64,000 nucleotides of DNA from Candidatus Micrarchaeota archaeon (GTDB lineage Archaea; Micrarchaeota; Micrarchaeia; Anstonellales; J096). The notes below the pieces were generated by a model. That model was not told the origin of the DNA, made no database searches, and worked only from the letters and a program-made list of their open reading frames with translations. Numbering within the stretch: position 1 is the stretch's first letter; each line of letters opens with the position of its first letter. Positions 28,448 through 38,928 of this stretch are shown in pieces. The stretch spans positions 14,115 through 78,114 of the forward strand of contig JALWQW010000030.1 of assembly GCA_026982895.1 (NCBI GenBank), given 5' to 3'. Position numbers and translations under genes: made by a program.

Positions 28448-28542
28448 TTAAATCACCTAATCCAACTTAAAAAAGAACCTTTTTAAAGCTTTCGGATTCT
28501 TCGCGAGAATAATTCCAAAAACTCAATAAAAAATAAAAAATA

Positions 28543-31500
28543 TCAGCCGCGCTTGTAAATCTTCACATATTGGTTGTCATAAACCTTTGACCAGCCAGGC
28601 AAGTCGTTAAGTATAAACGCTTGGTAAAGCGGGCTATCGTAGAATCTGCTCTCATGGTCTTCCCAACCTTCTACATAAGAGCCATTGACATACCATATCG
28701 GGTCTTTAACATAGTAGAGGTTGTAAAGGCCGCTTCCAACAGGTTTAGGCAACGCTCTATGAAGAACAAGCTCGCCCATAGCATTCTTATTGTCAAGCTC
28801 ATATATACCCTTAACCGGACCGTACAAAGTCTTAACATCTGCAAAGCAGTACTTCTTTTTAGCCCCTGTAAGTCGAGGGTCGTTTCCTCTGAATGCATAG
28901 GCAATTTTCCCCTTCTTCCCTGTAAGGGGCGAAACAGTACATTCTTCGTCTGTAACATATATGCTCTCCCAAAGATTGTCCTTTTCACACTGGCTCTCAA
29001 GTTGAGCCTTATCAACACTTGTTAAATTCCTATCGGCGCAGGCGAGGTAATTCAAAGCGTAGTACTTTCCGCCGAAAGCATTCCCACTGAATAAGATTTC
29101 ACGGTCAAATAGACTGTAATTACTGCCAAATTTAGATGTTATACTATTGAAATCGCTTAGATTGGCCATGAGATAAGCGTAGGCAACCTCACCTATCATA
29201 TAGTGAGAGCGGTGCTCATTCCTTATAACAGCGTTCCGCCTTCCCCAATAATTAATCCAATGGCCATAATCCCACCAGCTCGTTATGCGCGCGTCTTTGG
29301 GCGTGTCGCTGTATATGAAAGCCATACTATCCATCCACTGTTTTGGCAGGGTTGTGCCACAAGCAAATGAAATACCTGTTTGCTCGGCTGAACTCAATGC
29401 ATGGCCCGCTGTAACGATGAAATAAAGCTGGCAGAGATTGCTCGAATACTGCTCCACCACCGAGAGATTGCCTGCATAATGGCAGAGCTCATTGAATGAG
29501 CCTTTTAATTGAGGCAGCGGCGTCTGAGATGGGAATAACGAACACCATGAAGCGCTGTGCATAGCACAATACTGCCCCACTGTAATATTCTGAGATGTAT
29601 TTATAGAACAGAAAGGTGAAAATGTGCTATTAAGAGCTGAAGGCATATAAGCAGGCTTCATGGCAGAAGCATAATACAAAAAGGGCACATCCAAGAGATG
29701 GCCATAGAAATTGACATCCAAAATAAGGACAAACAAAATCGCCGTTATGACATAAGCAAATACAATATCATACTTCTTTTTAATCAAGTCTAATCCATAG
29801 GCTATGAAATAACCTCCTGCAAGCCCCGCAGATAAGGCGAGCTGAACGAGGTACTTCGCTTTAAGTAAGCCAGGAATAGATATAGACAAAAACAAGAGGG
29901 ATATAATTAAACCCACATGGTCAAGCTCCTCCTTCTTAAAGAAGAAGCGCCAGCCTTCCCAAAAGAAATATGCAAAAGCCGCACCCCAGACATAGAATAG
30001 AAGGGAGGGTATTTTAGGATTAAAGACGACAACAGCAAACTTACCTAACACAAGTATAATAAATGAGTAAATGCTCTGGAAGGGTGCTGCTAGTATAGCA
30101 AAGAAGGATGAAAGTGGAAATGCCTCAACGATTTTGGCATTGCCGTCGCTGCCTTTAACAATGTGATAAAAATCCAAGCCAACAAAGCCAAGCTGGGATT
30201 GAACACTTCTGCCCAAAGGCTGCTGCTCAGCAATCGTTCTTTGTAGCGGGAAGGCATATTCACCCGTTTTAACACCGCCAACAAATATATTCCACCCTGC
30301 CCAAAAGACGAACAAGAACAAAACGACTGATGTGGTTAAAACAGCTCGGCGGTGTTTTGTATAGAGGCCTTTCACCTCAGCAAACTTGTTCTTTAAAAGA
30401 TAAGCTACAGACGCGAATATAAGGCTGGGAAGAAGATAGGTTATCCAAACACCTTTTGAAAGTATTCCATTAGGTTGCCAAACAACATAGAGAAAATAGC
30501 CTATGAAGAAAGTAATAGAAGCGTAAAGCGTCGTTTTCAAGGAAGTGTCATCGCGCTTTATGAAGGAATATAGAGCATACAATGCTAGAAGGAACATACC
30601 AATTATTGCCTGCGTCGTAGCAAGAGGATAAACAAAGGCTGTTAAAGCAGCCAACCACTTATAAGCGTCGTCTTTTTCTTTGAAGGCGAGATACATTGTA
30701 GCTAAGAAAGCAACATGCCATAAAAGACTGAGAGGCTGCGCTTCGAAGACACCTGAAAACATCTTCGTCGTGATAAGAGGTGTGCTTTGAAGAAGGAACG
30801 CGCCTAAAAGAGCAAACCAGACATCCTTAAATCTATGTTTGAGAAGTAAATAGAACATGAAAGTCAAAAATAGACCTGCAAGAGGCGGGTAATAATTGGC
30901 TAAGAAGCTTAGACGATAGAAATCATTATAACCACTCAATAAATCCCTGCCTGTATTGAGAGCAAAAAAGGCCGCTTGATAAAACGCCAAGCCTGGAACA
31001 GTCCTATGCGTCGTATTTAGTACAGGCCACCATGCAGTAGTATCCTGAGCAGGGACAACATGGCCTGGAGAGAGAAGCATGCCGCTAATATATAAATAGA
31101 AATAAGGGTCAAGCTCATAGTAAATAGGTGTAACCGTCGTAAAGCGCACAATAAATGAAATGTAAAGGAGTATAAGCAATGCAACAATCCCTAGAAGGTG
31201 AGGCCATTCGACCTTTAACTTAACCTCCAACTCACCCTTTATATGGTGATGGACGAGAAGAGCCAAGGCGATGAGGTATTCTAATACTATGAGTGATAAG
31301 ACAATGAGATAAGAGAAGGGAATGGACAAAACAGTGAGCAAAGCACCTGCTGCTAAAAGAAAAGCAAAGGAGCTAAAACTGCCCAATATGAGTTTTTCTA
31401 TTAAATCCTCCTTTTTAAACAAAACAAGACCTGCCAAAGCACCCGGCAGAAGAGTGACTAACAACCAAATGAACGGCCCAACGACATCCAAATACAACAT
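28543..31500 (-). CDS. aglB: oligosaccharyltransferase AglB (STT3 family)
   Basis: ELDPYF, TIAE, SWWDYGHWI; many TM helices. Confidence 0.92.
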   Translation of the reverse strand: MLYLDVVGPFIWLLVTLLPGALAGLVLFKKEDLIEKLILGSFSSFAFLLAAGALLTVLSIPFSYLIVLSLIVLEYLIALALLVHHHIKGELEVKLKVEWPHLLGIVALLILLYISFIVRFTTVTPIYYELDPYFYLYISGMLLSPGHVVPAQDTTAWWPVLNTTHRTVPGLAFYQAAFFALNTGRDLLSGYNDFYRLSFLANYYPPLAGLFLTFMFYLLLKHRFKDVWFALLGAFLLQSTPLITTKMFSGVFEAQPLSLLWHVAFLATMYLAFKEKDDAYKWLAALTAFVYPLATTQAIIGMFLLALYALYSFIKRDDTSLKTTLYASITFFIGYFLYVVWQPNGILSKGVWITYLLPSLIFASVAYLLKNKFAEVKGLYTKHRRAVLTTSVVLFLFVFWAGWNIFVGGVKTGEYAFPLQRTIAEQQPLGRSVQSQLGFVGLDFYHIVKGSDGNAKIVEAFPLSSFFAILAAPFQSIYSFIILVLGKFAVVVFNPKIPSLLFYVWGAAFAYFFWEGWRFFFKKEELDHVGLIISLLFLSISIPGLLKAKYLVQLALSAGLAGGYFIAYGLDLIKKKYDIVFAYVITAILFVLILDVNFYGHLLDVPFLYYASAMKPAYMPSALNSTFSPFCSINTSQNITVGQYCAMHSASWCSLFPSQTPLPQLKGSFNELCHYAGNLSVVEQYSSNLCQLYFIVTAGHALSSAEQTGISFACGTTLPKQWMDSMAFIYSDTPKDARITSWWDYGHWINYWGRRNAVIRNEHRSHYMIGEVAYAYLMANLSDFNSITSKFGSNYSLFDREILFSGNAFGGKYYALNYLACADRNLTSVDKAQLESQCEKDNLWESIYVTDEECTVSPLTGKKGKIAYAFRGNDPRLTGAKKKYCFADVKTLYGPVKGIYELDNKNAMGELVLHRALPKPVGSGLYNLYYVKDPIWYVNGSYVEGWEDHESRFYDSPLYQAFILNDLPGWSKVYDNQYVKIYKRG

Positions 31501-31516
31501 AACCTCACCTTACCAT

Positions 31517-32572
31517 TTACTTTAAAGAGCTTTCAATATCCTCCTTCTTAATATCTGGATTGAGTGCCAAAAGCACCATTAGCTGTGGGAGCGTAGGCTT
31601 TTTAACCATACCTGGTAATTGCAAACCATCTCTATAAACCCTAAGAAGCTCCTCAGCAAGAACCTTCGAAGCTTTATCCAATAAAAGCTCAAAGCGGCTG
31701 CTCTTCAAGCTCTTAATATGCTCAACCAATTTTGGATTTGTAAAAAAGGTTTCATCTTCCCAATAGCCAAAGCCCTCTCGAGCAAGCTCGTCTTTAAGAG
31801 CTTCATGTCCTTCATGCGCGTCAATGATAGTATATGGCAAAATATGATGCTTGGCGAGTATCTCATTGTAGCGTTTCAACTCATCACCCTCTTCACTTTT
31901 AGAGGGCAATTGTTCGTTGGCATATGAAACTGCTGCTGCCGCCAACAACTTTCTGACTAATTTTATCCTTATTAGAGGCTTAACGAGCTTTTTTGTTCTG
32001 GTCTCTTCGATTTTTACAAACTCCTTTATGAGCTCGAGCTCCTCTTCTTTAGCACCATAAACAACGCCCAAATCCTCAACGAGATAACGCGTCTCCTCGA
32101 CAGTAATGCCATAACTGCTCAATAAATGCAGAAGGCGTTTATAGACGAGTATGGCATTGTACCTTAAAGGTAAAAGGGTGGAGATATAATCGCCTGCTGG
32201 TGGCACATACGGTTTAAGCTTATCCAAGGCCTGGCGGAGACCATGGCTGTAAATAGCTGCCCGAACCATATCTAAAGCCGTTTTTTTCACATTGGCAGCC
32301 TCCCTTATTATGCGCGCTTGCTTGCCCCTATCGACATATTCATCAGCATCCGATTCAACCACATCAGCATCCACGGTTTTCTTTATCATGATTAACGGCC
32401 TTTGAAACCGCCTCCTCAGCATCTCCTTTCTAATCTTCTTGAGAAACTTAATGTCGCTGCAGTTCAAGGCAATATCCATAGCCGCTCTGGCTAATGCAAT
32501 ACTCGGCATAGTGTATAGCTGCGATTCAACCTTTGCCTTCAATTCAGATAATTTATCATTTCCTGCATTCAT
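31517..32572 (-). CDS. hypothetical protein, co-oriented between top6A and aglB
   Basis: 351-aa ORF; start overlaps the top6A stop (ATGA). Confidence 0.75.
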   Translation of the reverse strand: MNAGNDKLSELKAKVESQLYTMPSIALARAAMDIALNCSDIKFLKKIRKEMLRRRFQRPLIMIKKTVDADVVESDADEYVDRGKQARIIREAANVKKTALDMVRAAIYSHGLRQALDKLKPYVPPAGDYISTLLPLRYNAILVYKRLLHLLSSYGITVEETRYLVEDLGVVYGAKEEELELIKEFVKIEETRTKKLVKPLIRIKLVRKLLAAAAVSYANEQLPSKSEEGDELKRYNEILAKHHILPYTIIDAHEGHEALKDELAREGFGYWEDETFFTNPKLVEHIKSLKSSRFELLLDKASKVLAEELLRVYRDGLQLPGMVKKPTLPQLMVLLALNPDIKKEDIESSLK

Positions 32573-33699
32573 GGCAAAAACTCCCCCTTCCCAATTTTCT
32601 CACGAAGATATTCGCCAACGAATGTGAGTCTAGGCCCTTGCAGAGCATCTTGTTCAAGCTTCTTTTTTGTTTTCAACACCATTTTAAGCTCGCGCTCCCA
32701 TTCAGCATGCTTCTTTATCCAAGGATAGTTTATCATGTCTTGAGCCCTCTTTATATCGACATCCTTGGCCTTTATGGTGAGCTTCTTTAAGAAATCGTAG
32801 TGTTCTATATCGCTCATAGTAACGCCGACAAATTTCGCCTCGGGCACGGAGAAGTCTCTGCCAAGATAAGCGAGGTTCATGGAGCCCGTCTTTATTGTCC
32901 AGTAGATGTACCACCCCCATGCATCACAATCAGTGAATACATAAATAGGCAAGCCTTTATCAGCCAGCTTTCGTATAAGGCGGCGAACTCCACGAGAGCT
33001 CTGCCCCTTTGGCGTTATGAGTATAGCTTTTTCCTTCTGCCAGAAACGGTCTTCGTTGAGACGCTGCCACATTGCATCCTTTTCAACGACTAAAACATAT
33101 TTGGCATCCAGCTCAACTATTTCCATGTCATTATCTACATCCGAAGGAATGGCCCAGCCACTCCTACCCTGCTTCCTGCCGTCTATAAATACATCCTCTC
33201 CTGCAAAATGGTCTTTTATGACAATGGGCCCCGCCAAAACGCCTTTTCTATCAGTCGTTAGATGGAGGTCTTCTCTCTTAACGCCGAGAGCTGCTTCTAA
33301 ATCTTCTATTAAAGCGTTGCTCTCGCTCTGCTCGTCGAATAGATTCTCATCCAAATCCTCGCCAAGAGTAAATTTAAGCTGATAATACAAACCTCTGATA
33401 CTCGTATGCAAATCCTCTTCGATAAACTTCTTTGTCTTAGCGGCTACAGCGAGAGTCTGCATGAACGACTTTGATTGGCTAAGATTAAGGAACTTACGCC
33501 TTTCCCTCTTCTCACCCAAACGGAGAAACCCACCTTCTTCATCGAATATGACATTGCCTTTGCTTCTCACAACAGTTTCAAAGGCAGGGCCTTCTCCATG
33601 TTCTATCTGCTCCACCATATGCCTGCCCATGTTCCTAAGCCTGTCTAAAGCCAAGAGGTCCCCATCCAAATTGCTGCTCTTATTTTGATTGTCGCTCAT
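32569..33699 (-). CDS. top6A: DNA topoisomerase VI subunit A
   Basis: SIRGLYY, VVEKDA, DCDAWG TOPRIM motif, KKLEQDAL. Confidence 0.96.
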   Translation of the reverse strand: MSDNQNKSSNLDGDLLALDRLRNMGRHMVEQIEHGEGPAFETVVRSKGNVIFDEEGGFLRLGEKRERRKFLNLSQSKSFMQTLAVAAKTKKFIEEDLHTSIRGLYYQLKFTLGEDLDENLFDEQSESNALIEDLEAALGVKREDLHLTTDRKGVLAGPIVIKDHFAGEDVFIDGRKQGRSGWAIPSDVDNDMEIVELDAKYVLVVEKDAMWQRLNEDRFWQKEKAILITPKGQSSRGVRRLIRKLADKGLPIYVFTDCDAWGWYIYWTIKTGSMNLAYLGRDFSVPEAKFVGVTMSDIEHYDFLKKLTIKAKDVDIKRAQDMINYPWIKKHAEWERELKMVLKTKKKLEQDALQGPRLTFVGEYLREKIGKGEFLP

Positions 33700-35321
33700 G
33701 CGCTCACCTCCGAATTAGATTCGTCTCCAAACGATGCGCCCTCCAACTCCTTTTCCGTCTTCTCCCTCCCTTTGGCCATATCAAAGCGATATTCAATTAT
33801 TGATTTTATTTTATCCTCTATTGCCTCTTTTGGCATATCAGCCAGCAACGCCAGATCAGAGGAGATTTGTGAAACATACCTAAGGAAGGCCTTTTTCTTT
33901 TTTGATATCTCAGCCTCTTTCCTCTTATGCCCTATATGAAGTTTTATGCGCCTAGCAGCCTCTTGCAAAGCATTCTTAATTTCATCAGTTAGGCCTTGCT
34001 CAGGTGAGATGGCCTGCTTGCCAGCACTTATATAAGGTATGTGCGTACTGACGACATTCACCAAAATAACTATGGGCTCTTCCTCAAACTTTCTCAAACC
34101 GTACCTACTCCAATCTATGGATTTAACGACCTGCGTAACAGCATCGCCGGCTGCATCGAAAAGAAGAGGGGCTTTATTAGCAAAGCGCATTATCTCTCCA
34201 CCTCGACTTATCTTTCCACCAAAGGCAATTGCAGCTTCTACTTGGAAGGGAATACCACCCCACAAAACCTTTGGCGGCCTCTCCACAACAGCCACAATCT
34301 CAGGATACAGAATATTCTTCAAGCTCTCTTCAACTTGCTCCTGCCCTATCGGGCTAAGCACATCCGTTGGAGGGGCAATCCACTTTAACTGCTTAAACGC
34401 CTTGACTATGGATTCAGCTTCCTGCCATTTCAAATCCTTCGGCGGTTTGCTAAAGTCAATATCAGGCAATAATGATTTCAGCTTGCTGAGCTTATCCGCT
34501 GAGAAACGGATTAAATCTGTCTGCAACATACTGCCCAACTTCGTCGCAGCTGTGACATGGGCTATATCCAAGAGGTCGTGGGGAGTTATACCAAGAGGGT
34601 GGGGTTTTATTTCCTTCGGTGGCTTTGGAAGAGTATTGGAAGTTCTCTCGAATACAATCGTCTGCCCGTCAGGAGCTCTAAATTGGATTGTGGCATGGGG
34701 GTTTGCTATGGCTGTGCGTTTAAGATATTCCAACACACCGTAGTGGCCCTTATCGAATTTAACATTCGCAAATTCGCCTTCGACGGTTAATCCATGAAAG
34801 GAACTTTCCTGCTCGACGAGATTTTCTACTTTAGGTTCATTTGTTTTGAAGTCTATGCTGACATCGCAGCTTATCATCTTCCCCTTATGCCCGCTTATAA
34901 CATGTATGCCCTTTCCTGTCGTGAGTTGGGCATAGAGCGTAGCGCCGGCAGCACCAATACCCTGCTGTCCTCTCTGCTGTATATGCCTATGAAACTTCGT
35001 CCCTGCAAGCATCTTACCCAAAGCCTTGCCTATAAGCCTCTTCGGAAGGCCCGGGCCGTTATCAGCAACAATCACCCTATATTTATCAGGGCCAAGCTGC
35101 TCCAATTCAACGCGCAGATGGGGAAGAATGCCAGCTTCTTCACACGCATCTAGGCTGTTAGTTATATACTCATGGACTATCGTCGTTAAGCTTCTCACTT
35201 TTCCAGAGAAGCCCAGCATTTGCTTGTTCTTCTTAAAAAACTCTGCAACAGAATACTCTTTGAAGGTAGAGTTTCCGCCAGAATCCTGTTGGCTAATTTG
35301 ATTTTCTAATAAAGAAGACAT
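33696..35321 (-). CDS. top6B: DNA topoisomerase VI subunit B
   Basis: SVAEFFKKN, EYITNSLDACEE, DNGPG, QRGQQGIG, RFANKAPL. Confidence 0.97.
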   Translation of the reverse strand: MSSLLENQISQQDSGGNSTFKEYSVAEFFKKNKQMLGFSGKVRSLTTIVHEYITNSLDACEEAGILPHLRVELEQLGPDKYRVIVADNGPGLPKRLIGKALGKMLAGTKFHRHIQQRGQQGIGAAGATLYAQLTTGKGIHVISGHKGKMISCDVSIDFKTNEPKVENLVEQESSFHGLTVEGEFANVKFDKGHYGVLEYLKRTAIANPHATIQFRAPDGQTIVFERTSNTLPKPPKEIKPHPLGITPHDLLDIAHVTAATKLGSMLQTDLIRFSADKLSKLKSLLPDIDFSKPPKDLKWQEAESIVKAFKQLKWIAPPTDVLSPIGQEQVEESLKNILYPEIVAVVERPPKVLWGGIPFQVEAAIAFGGKISRGGEIMRFANKAPLLFDAAGDAVTQVVKSIDWSRYGLRKFEEEPIVILVNVVSTHIPYISAGKQAISPEQGLTDEIKNALQEAARRIKLHIGHKRKEAEISKKKKAFLRYVSQISSDLALLADMPKEAIEDKIKSIIEYRFDMAKGREKTEKELEGASFGDESNSEVSA

Positions 35322-35396
35322 GCGCTTATATGAAAAAGAAGGGTTTAAAAAGTTGAATATGGCCTGCTAGATAAAGCAATCTAAAGCAATCAGCCT

Positions 35397-35555
35397 CTAA
35401 TTTTCCCACGAATCATAAGGGTATATGCCAAAATTCCTTTCGAGTTTCTCCTGTCTAGCTCGGCGTATGAACTTCTTCTCTTCTATTTTCTTCTTGGGTT
35501 CTCCTTTGCGCCTCAGCTTCTTGCGAAGCTCCTTTTTACGGAATCTCTTTGCCAT
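35397..35555 (-). CDS. putative small basic protein (52 aa; absent from ORF track)
   Basis: MAKRFRKKELRKKLRRKGEPKKKIEEKKFIRRARQEKLERNFGIYPYDSWEN; TATA at 35581-35588. Confidence 0.6.
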   Translation of the reverse strand: MAKRFRKKELRKKLRRKGEPKKKIEEKKFIRRARQEKLERNFGIYPYDSWEN

Positions 35556-35642
35556 AGTTTATTATTTTAGCAAAGGAGAGTTTAAAAATAAGAATGTTCA
35601 AGGCACTAAAAATAAAAAGATATACACACTAAATAAAAGGCT

Positions 35643-36512
35643 ATGTTTGATGAAAAGAAAGTTAGATATAAGAGTAGGCTGAAGAAAAGAATTCACAACG
35701 AGCTTTACTCGAAGACATATAAAGATATTAAAGCAAGGCTCAGAGCCTATAAAATAGATTATTCACGAGGCATAGAAGAAATTATAGGCATACGCCTGCA
35801 TAGATTGTCGAGAGAGCAGAAGATAGAAGTGGAAATGGCTGCAAGAGAAAACTTCGACGAATGGCTAGAGAAGGGCATTATAATTTTACATAAGCGAGTA
35901 TATTGGACAGACGAAAAAATATGGACTGCTCTCGACACATTTTACAGCACATTCGGCAAAATCATGGACTTAAAGGAAATAGGCGCACCGGATTTCGATA
36001 AAGTGGGTTTGATGGGTCTTCTTGGTCATAAATTCAATGGCAGCCCTTCTGAAGCTTTAGAGTATTATTTAGGCGAAGTGAAAAAATGGCAGATGAGAAA
36101 GGCTCCGCCAAATAGCTATGCTGAAATAGATGCCCTGCGTGAGATTGTGAGGCATATAATGGAGGAAAGCAAAAAGAACGTCACCGATATAACGAGAGGG
36201 GACTTTATCAAAAGGGGCTACAAAACCCTCCTAAAAACATACGGCGGAGTTTATAACGTAATAAGCAAGCTGCCAGAATACAAACACATCAAATGCTACG
36301 ATATGAAGCGCGTTGGAAAGGACTGTGAAATAGACGCCGTTGAAATCATCAAAAGGCTCATGAAAAAAACAGGAAAGAGTTTAAACGAGCTAAGCCAAAA
36401 GGATTTCGTAAACGATAGATTGGGGCATAAAGTGTTCAAACGATATGGACGCAATTTGGGCAAGATTAAAGAATATTTCCATCAAAAGGTTGAGAGGGCT
36501 GATGGCGAATGA
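35643..36512 (+). CDS. hypothetical repeat protein (DUF4046-like)
   Basis: Three imperfect units: YWTDEKI..DF...GL.GLL, KWQMRKAP..DF..RG..TLL, CYDMKRV..DF...LG. Confidence 0.6.
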   Translation: MFDEKKVRYKSRLKKRIHNELYSKTYKDIKARLRAYKIDYSRGIEEIIGIRLHRLSREQKIEVEMAARENFDEWLEKGIIILHKRVYWTDEKIWTALDTFYSTFGKIMDLKEIGAPDFDKVGLMGLLGHKFNGSPSEALEYYLGEVKKWQMRKAPPNSYAEIDALREIVRHIMEESKKNVTDITRGDFIKRGYKTLLKTYGGVYNVISKLPEYKHIKCYDMKRVGKDCEIDAVEIIKRLMKKTGKSLNELSQKDFVNDRLGHKVFKRYGRNLGKIKEYFHQKVERADGE

Positions 36513-37435
36513 GAGTTTTACTGCAATTCCCAGAAGGGCTTAAACAGGAGGCTTTAAAATATGCAAAAATTTATGAAGAAAAGGGCATAGAGATTATAAT
36601 TTCTGCAAGCCCTTCCTTCGGCGCCTGTGACCTAGCCATAGACGAAGCTAAGAGAGTTAATGCAGATAAATTAATTCATTTTGGGCATCTGCCCTTTTTG
36701 AAGCAGCCAGTCGTAGAGGGAATAGAAGTCGAATACATTCCTTATTATCTAGACGCCAGAGCAGACGTGCCTGCGAAGATTATGGGGAAGGTTAAGGAGA
36801 GGGGTTATAAAAAAATAAGCTTGGGCACAACGGCGCAGCACATGCATCAATTCAAGGAGTGGGTTAAGAGCATCGAGAGTGAAGGTATAGAAGTCGTCTA
36901 TAAAAAAGGCAATTTTACATTCGAAGCAGGGCAGATACTAGGATGCGACGCCGAAGCTGTAAATGTTGAAAGCGACGCCGTTTTTATTGTTGCTGACGGA
37001 CTCTTTCATCTAACGGCGCTGAGCCTTATTGATATGGATAGAGATATCTATTGGGTACATCCGTACAATGGGGAGATAAAAAATGGCAAAGAAATCATAG
37101 AGCAAACAAAAACAATGAGGAAAAGGAGCTTAACTTCGGCTTTTTACGGCAAGACCTTCGCCATCCTTGTATCTACAAAACCCGGACAATACAGGCTTGA
37201 ATGGGCAAGAAAGCTAAAGGAAAGATTGGAGCGACTGGGAAAAAAAGCACACATTCTTGTGGCAAACACATTCAATCCAGAGAGCCTGACAAATTTCAAC
37301 GCCTTTGACATATATATAAATACAGCTTGCCCACGTCTATCAGAAGACAAGGAACTATTTAACAAGCCCATTATAAGCGAGCCTGAATTGAGCCTATTTT
37401 TGAAGATGCTCGAAGAGAATCAAAATAGGGAATAA
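36509..37435 (+). CDS. dph2: diphthamide biosynthesis enzyme Dph2
   Basis: LQFPEGLK, FGACD, HFGH, GQILGC, STKPGQ, NTACPR. Confidence 0.95.
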   Translation: MRVLLQFPEGLKQEALKYAKIYEEKGIEIIISASPSFGACDLAIDEAKRVNADKLIHFGHLPFLKQPVVEGIEVEYIPYYLDARADVPAKIMGKVKERGYKKISLGTTAQHMHQFKEWVKSIESEGIEVVYKKGNFTFEAGQILGCDAEAVNVESDAVFIVADGLFHLTALSLIDMDRDIYWVHPYNGEIKNGKEIIEQTKTMRKRSLTSAFYGKTFAILVSTKPGQYRLEWARKLKERLERLGKKAHILVANTFNPESLTNFNAFDIYINTACPRLSEDKELFNKPIISEPELSLFLKMLEENQNRE

Positions 37436-38175
37436 CCTCTATAATCATCGCCCAACTTGAAAAATCTGGCAGCGTTCTCAGTAGTTTTAAGCTCGACTTC
37501 TTTTTCCGGGAGCCCTTTTATAGACGCTATCTCCTCGATGACGGCCTTCACTTCAAGAGGGCTCTTCGCTATATACGGAGCATCTGTTTCTGTAGTGAAG
37601 CGCTCTATGCCAAAGTGCTGGATGGCCTTTTTCTTCTCCTTGCTCTTCCATGTATTAAGCGATATTAGGGGACGATTATCTGCCAAAGCTTCAACATGCT
37701 TCACTTTGCACGAAAATGAATGAAACATTATTCTGCCATAAAAGCCAAAGTCCTTTATAGTGGTTACGAGGTCGTCACAACATCTCCGGCAATGTAGGAC
37801 TATGGGCAAAGAAAGCCGCTCTGCCAAAGCCATCTGCACTTCAAAGGCCTTTAACTGCTGCTTTTTCCTCTCATCGGTATCGGCCCATTTGTAATCCAAG
37901 CCAATCTCGCCTATGGCAGACGGTTTTTTAGCAGATACGAAATTTAGCCACTCCTCGAAATTTTCCAATCCCTCGTCAACAACTGTTTGAGGGGCTATGC
38001 CCAAAACATAGGGCAAATTATGAGTAGAAGCCAATTCATAAGCAGCCACATTCGAGGCATGGCTGTATCCCACAATTATAGGAAACACTTGCCGCTGTTT
38101 AAGGGCTGAATTAAAAGCTTCACGACCTATGAACTTTGGGAAATCCTGTAAGTGAATATGTGCATCTATGGCCAT
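37420..38175 (-). CDS. tatD: TatD-family DNase
   Basis: IDAHIHL, AIGEIGLD, LHCR, FHSF, ETDAPY; start moved to 38175. Confidence 0.92.
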   Translation of the reverse strand: MAIDAHIHLQDFPKFIGREAFNSALKQRQVFPIIVGYSHASNVAAYELASTHNLPYVLGIAPQTVVDEGLENFEEWLNFVSAKKPSAIGEIGLDYKWADTDERKKQQLKAFEVQMALAERLSLPIVLHCRRCCDDLVTTIKDFGFYGRIMFHSFSCKVKHVEALADNRPLISLNTWKSKEKKKAIQHFGIERFTTETDAPYIAKSPLEVKAVIEEIASIKGLPEKEVELKTTENAARFFKLGDDYRGYSLF

Positions 38176-38223
38176 ATTAGTTAAGAAAACAAAACTATTT
38201 TTAAAGGTTTTCATGCATAATAT

Positions 38224-38928
38224 ATGTTTATGAGCTTAAAACAAAAACTTAAAGCAGCAAAATCTAAGATTAGAGATTTTAAGGGCGTAAAGTTTAAAGA
38301 CATTCGACAAGCATTTAAAAAGCAGAATATAATGTTAGAAATAGCTGCTATGGTGATTGCAGCAGGCACGGCATTCGGTGTTTATGAGACAATCCATGAT
38401 TATCAAAGAGTTAAGCAGGCAGAAGTACAGCTTAACGTAGTGGCAGAAAAAGTAGGTGCTCTTAAAGCAGATGAACAATTTATAGACATAGTCTATGGCA
38501 ATATATTCACAAAAGAAGAAAAGAAAAAGTTGGCGGAGTTCTTGGAGTATTACCATGACATGATAGGCGCTGATATTGGATTGGGTGCGCCAGAAGTTAT
38601 GGAAATAATAGAGACAACCCCTCTCGACAGATATAAATATTACAAAGAGCTCGATTTGAGCGTATCGGCAAACTTAAATGCAGCAGAAGTATTGAAAAAC
38701 CTTAAACCAATCTCATACCCAGCCAGCTTAAGCAGTGAAAGTGTAAAAGATATTATGGAGATGAGCGATGCCCATGAAAAAAGCATGAATACTATCAAGG
38801 CGACGATAATTAAAATGTTCTCAGAAATAGATGGCAGCGAGGAAATATACAAAAAAATAATGAAGAAAAGAGGTTCCTTGTCTAAAGTAAGGGACTTTGT
38901 CGACAATGAAGTAAGGTCTAATTTTTAA
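38224..38928 (+). CDS. hypothetical protein with one TM helix
   Basis: Basic N-terminus, IAAMVIAAGTAFGVY. Confidence 0.7.
   Translation: MFMSLKQKLKAAKSKIRDFKGVKFKDIRQAFKKQNIMLEIAAMVIAAGTAFGVYETIHDYQRVKQAEVQLNVVAEKVGALKADEQFIDIVYGNIFTKEEKKKLAEFLEYYHDMIGADIGLGAPEVMEIIETTPLDRYKYYKELDLSVSANLNAAEVLKNLKPISYPASLSSESVKDIMEMSDAHEKSMNTIKATIIKMFSEIDGSEEIYKKIMKKRGSLSKVRDFVDNEVRSNF

Noticed and set aside
35425..35682. 85-aa plus-strand ORF
   Set aside because: Antisense of the better-supported 52-aa basic ORF
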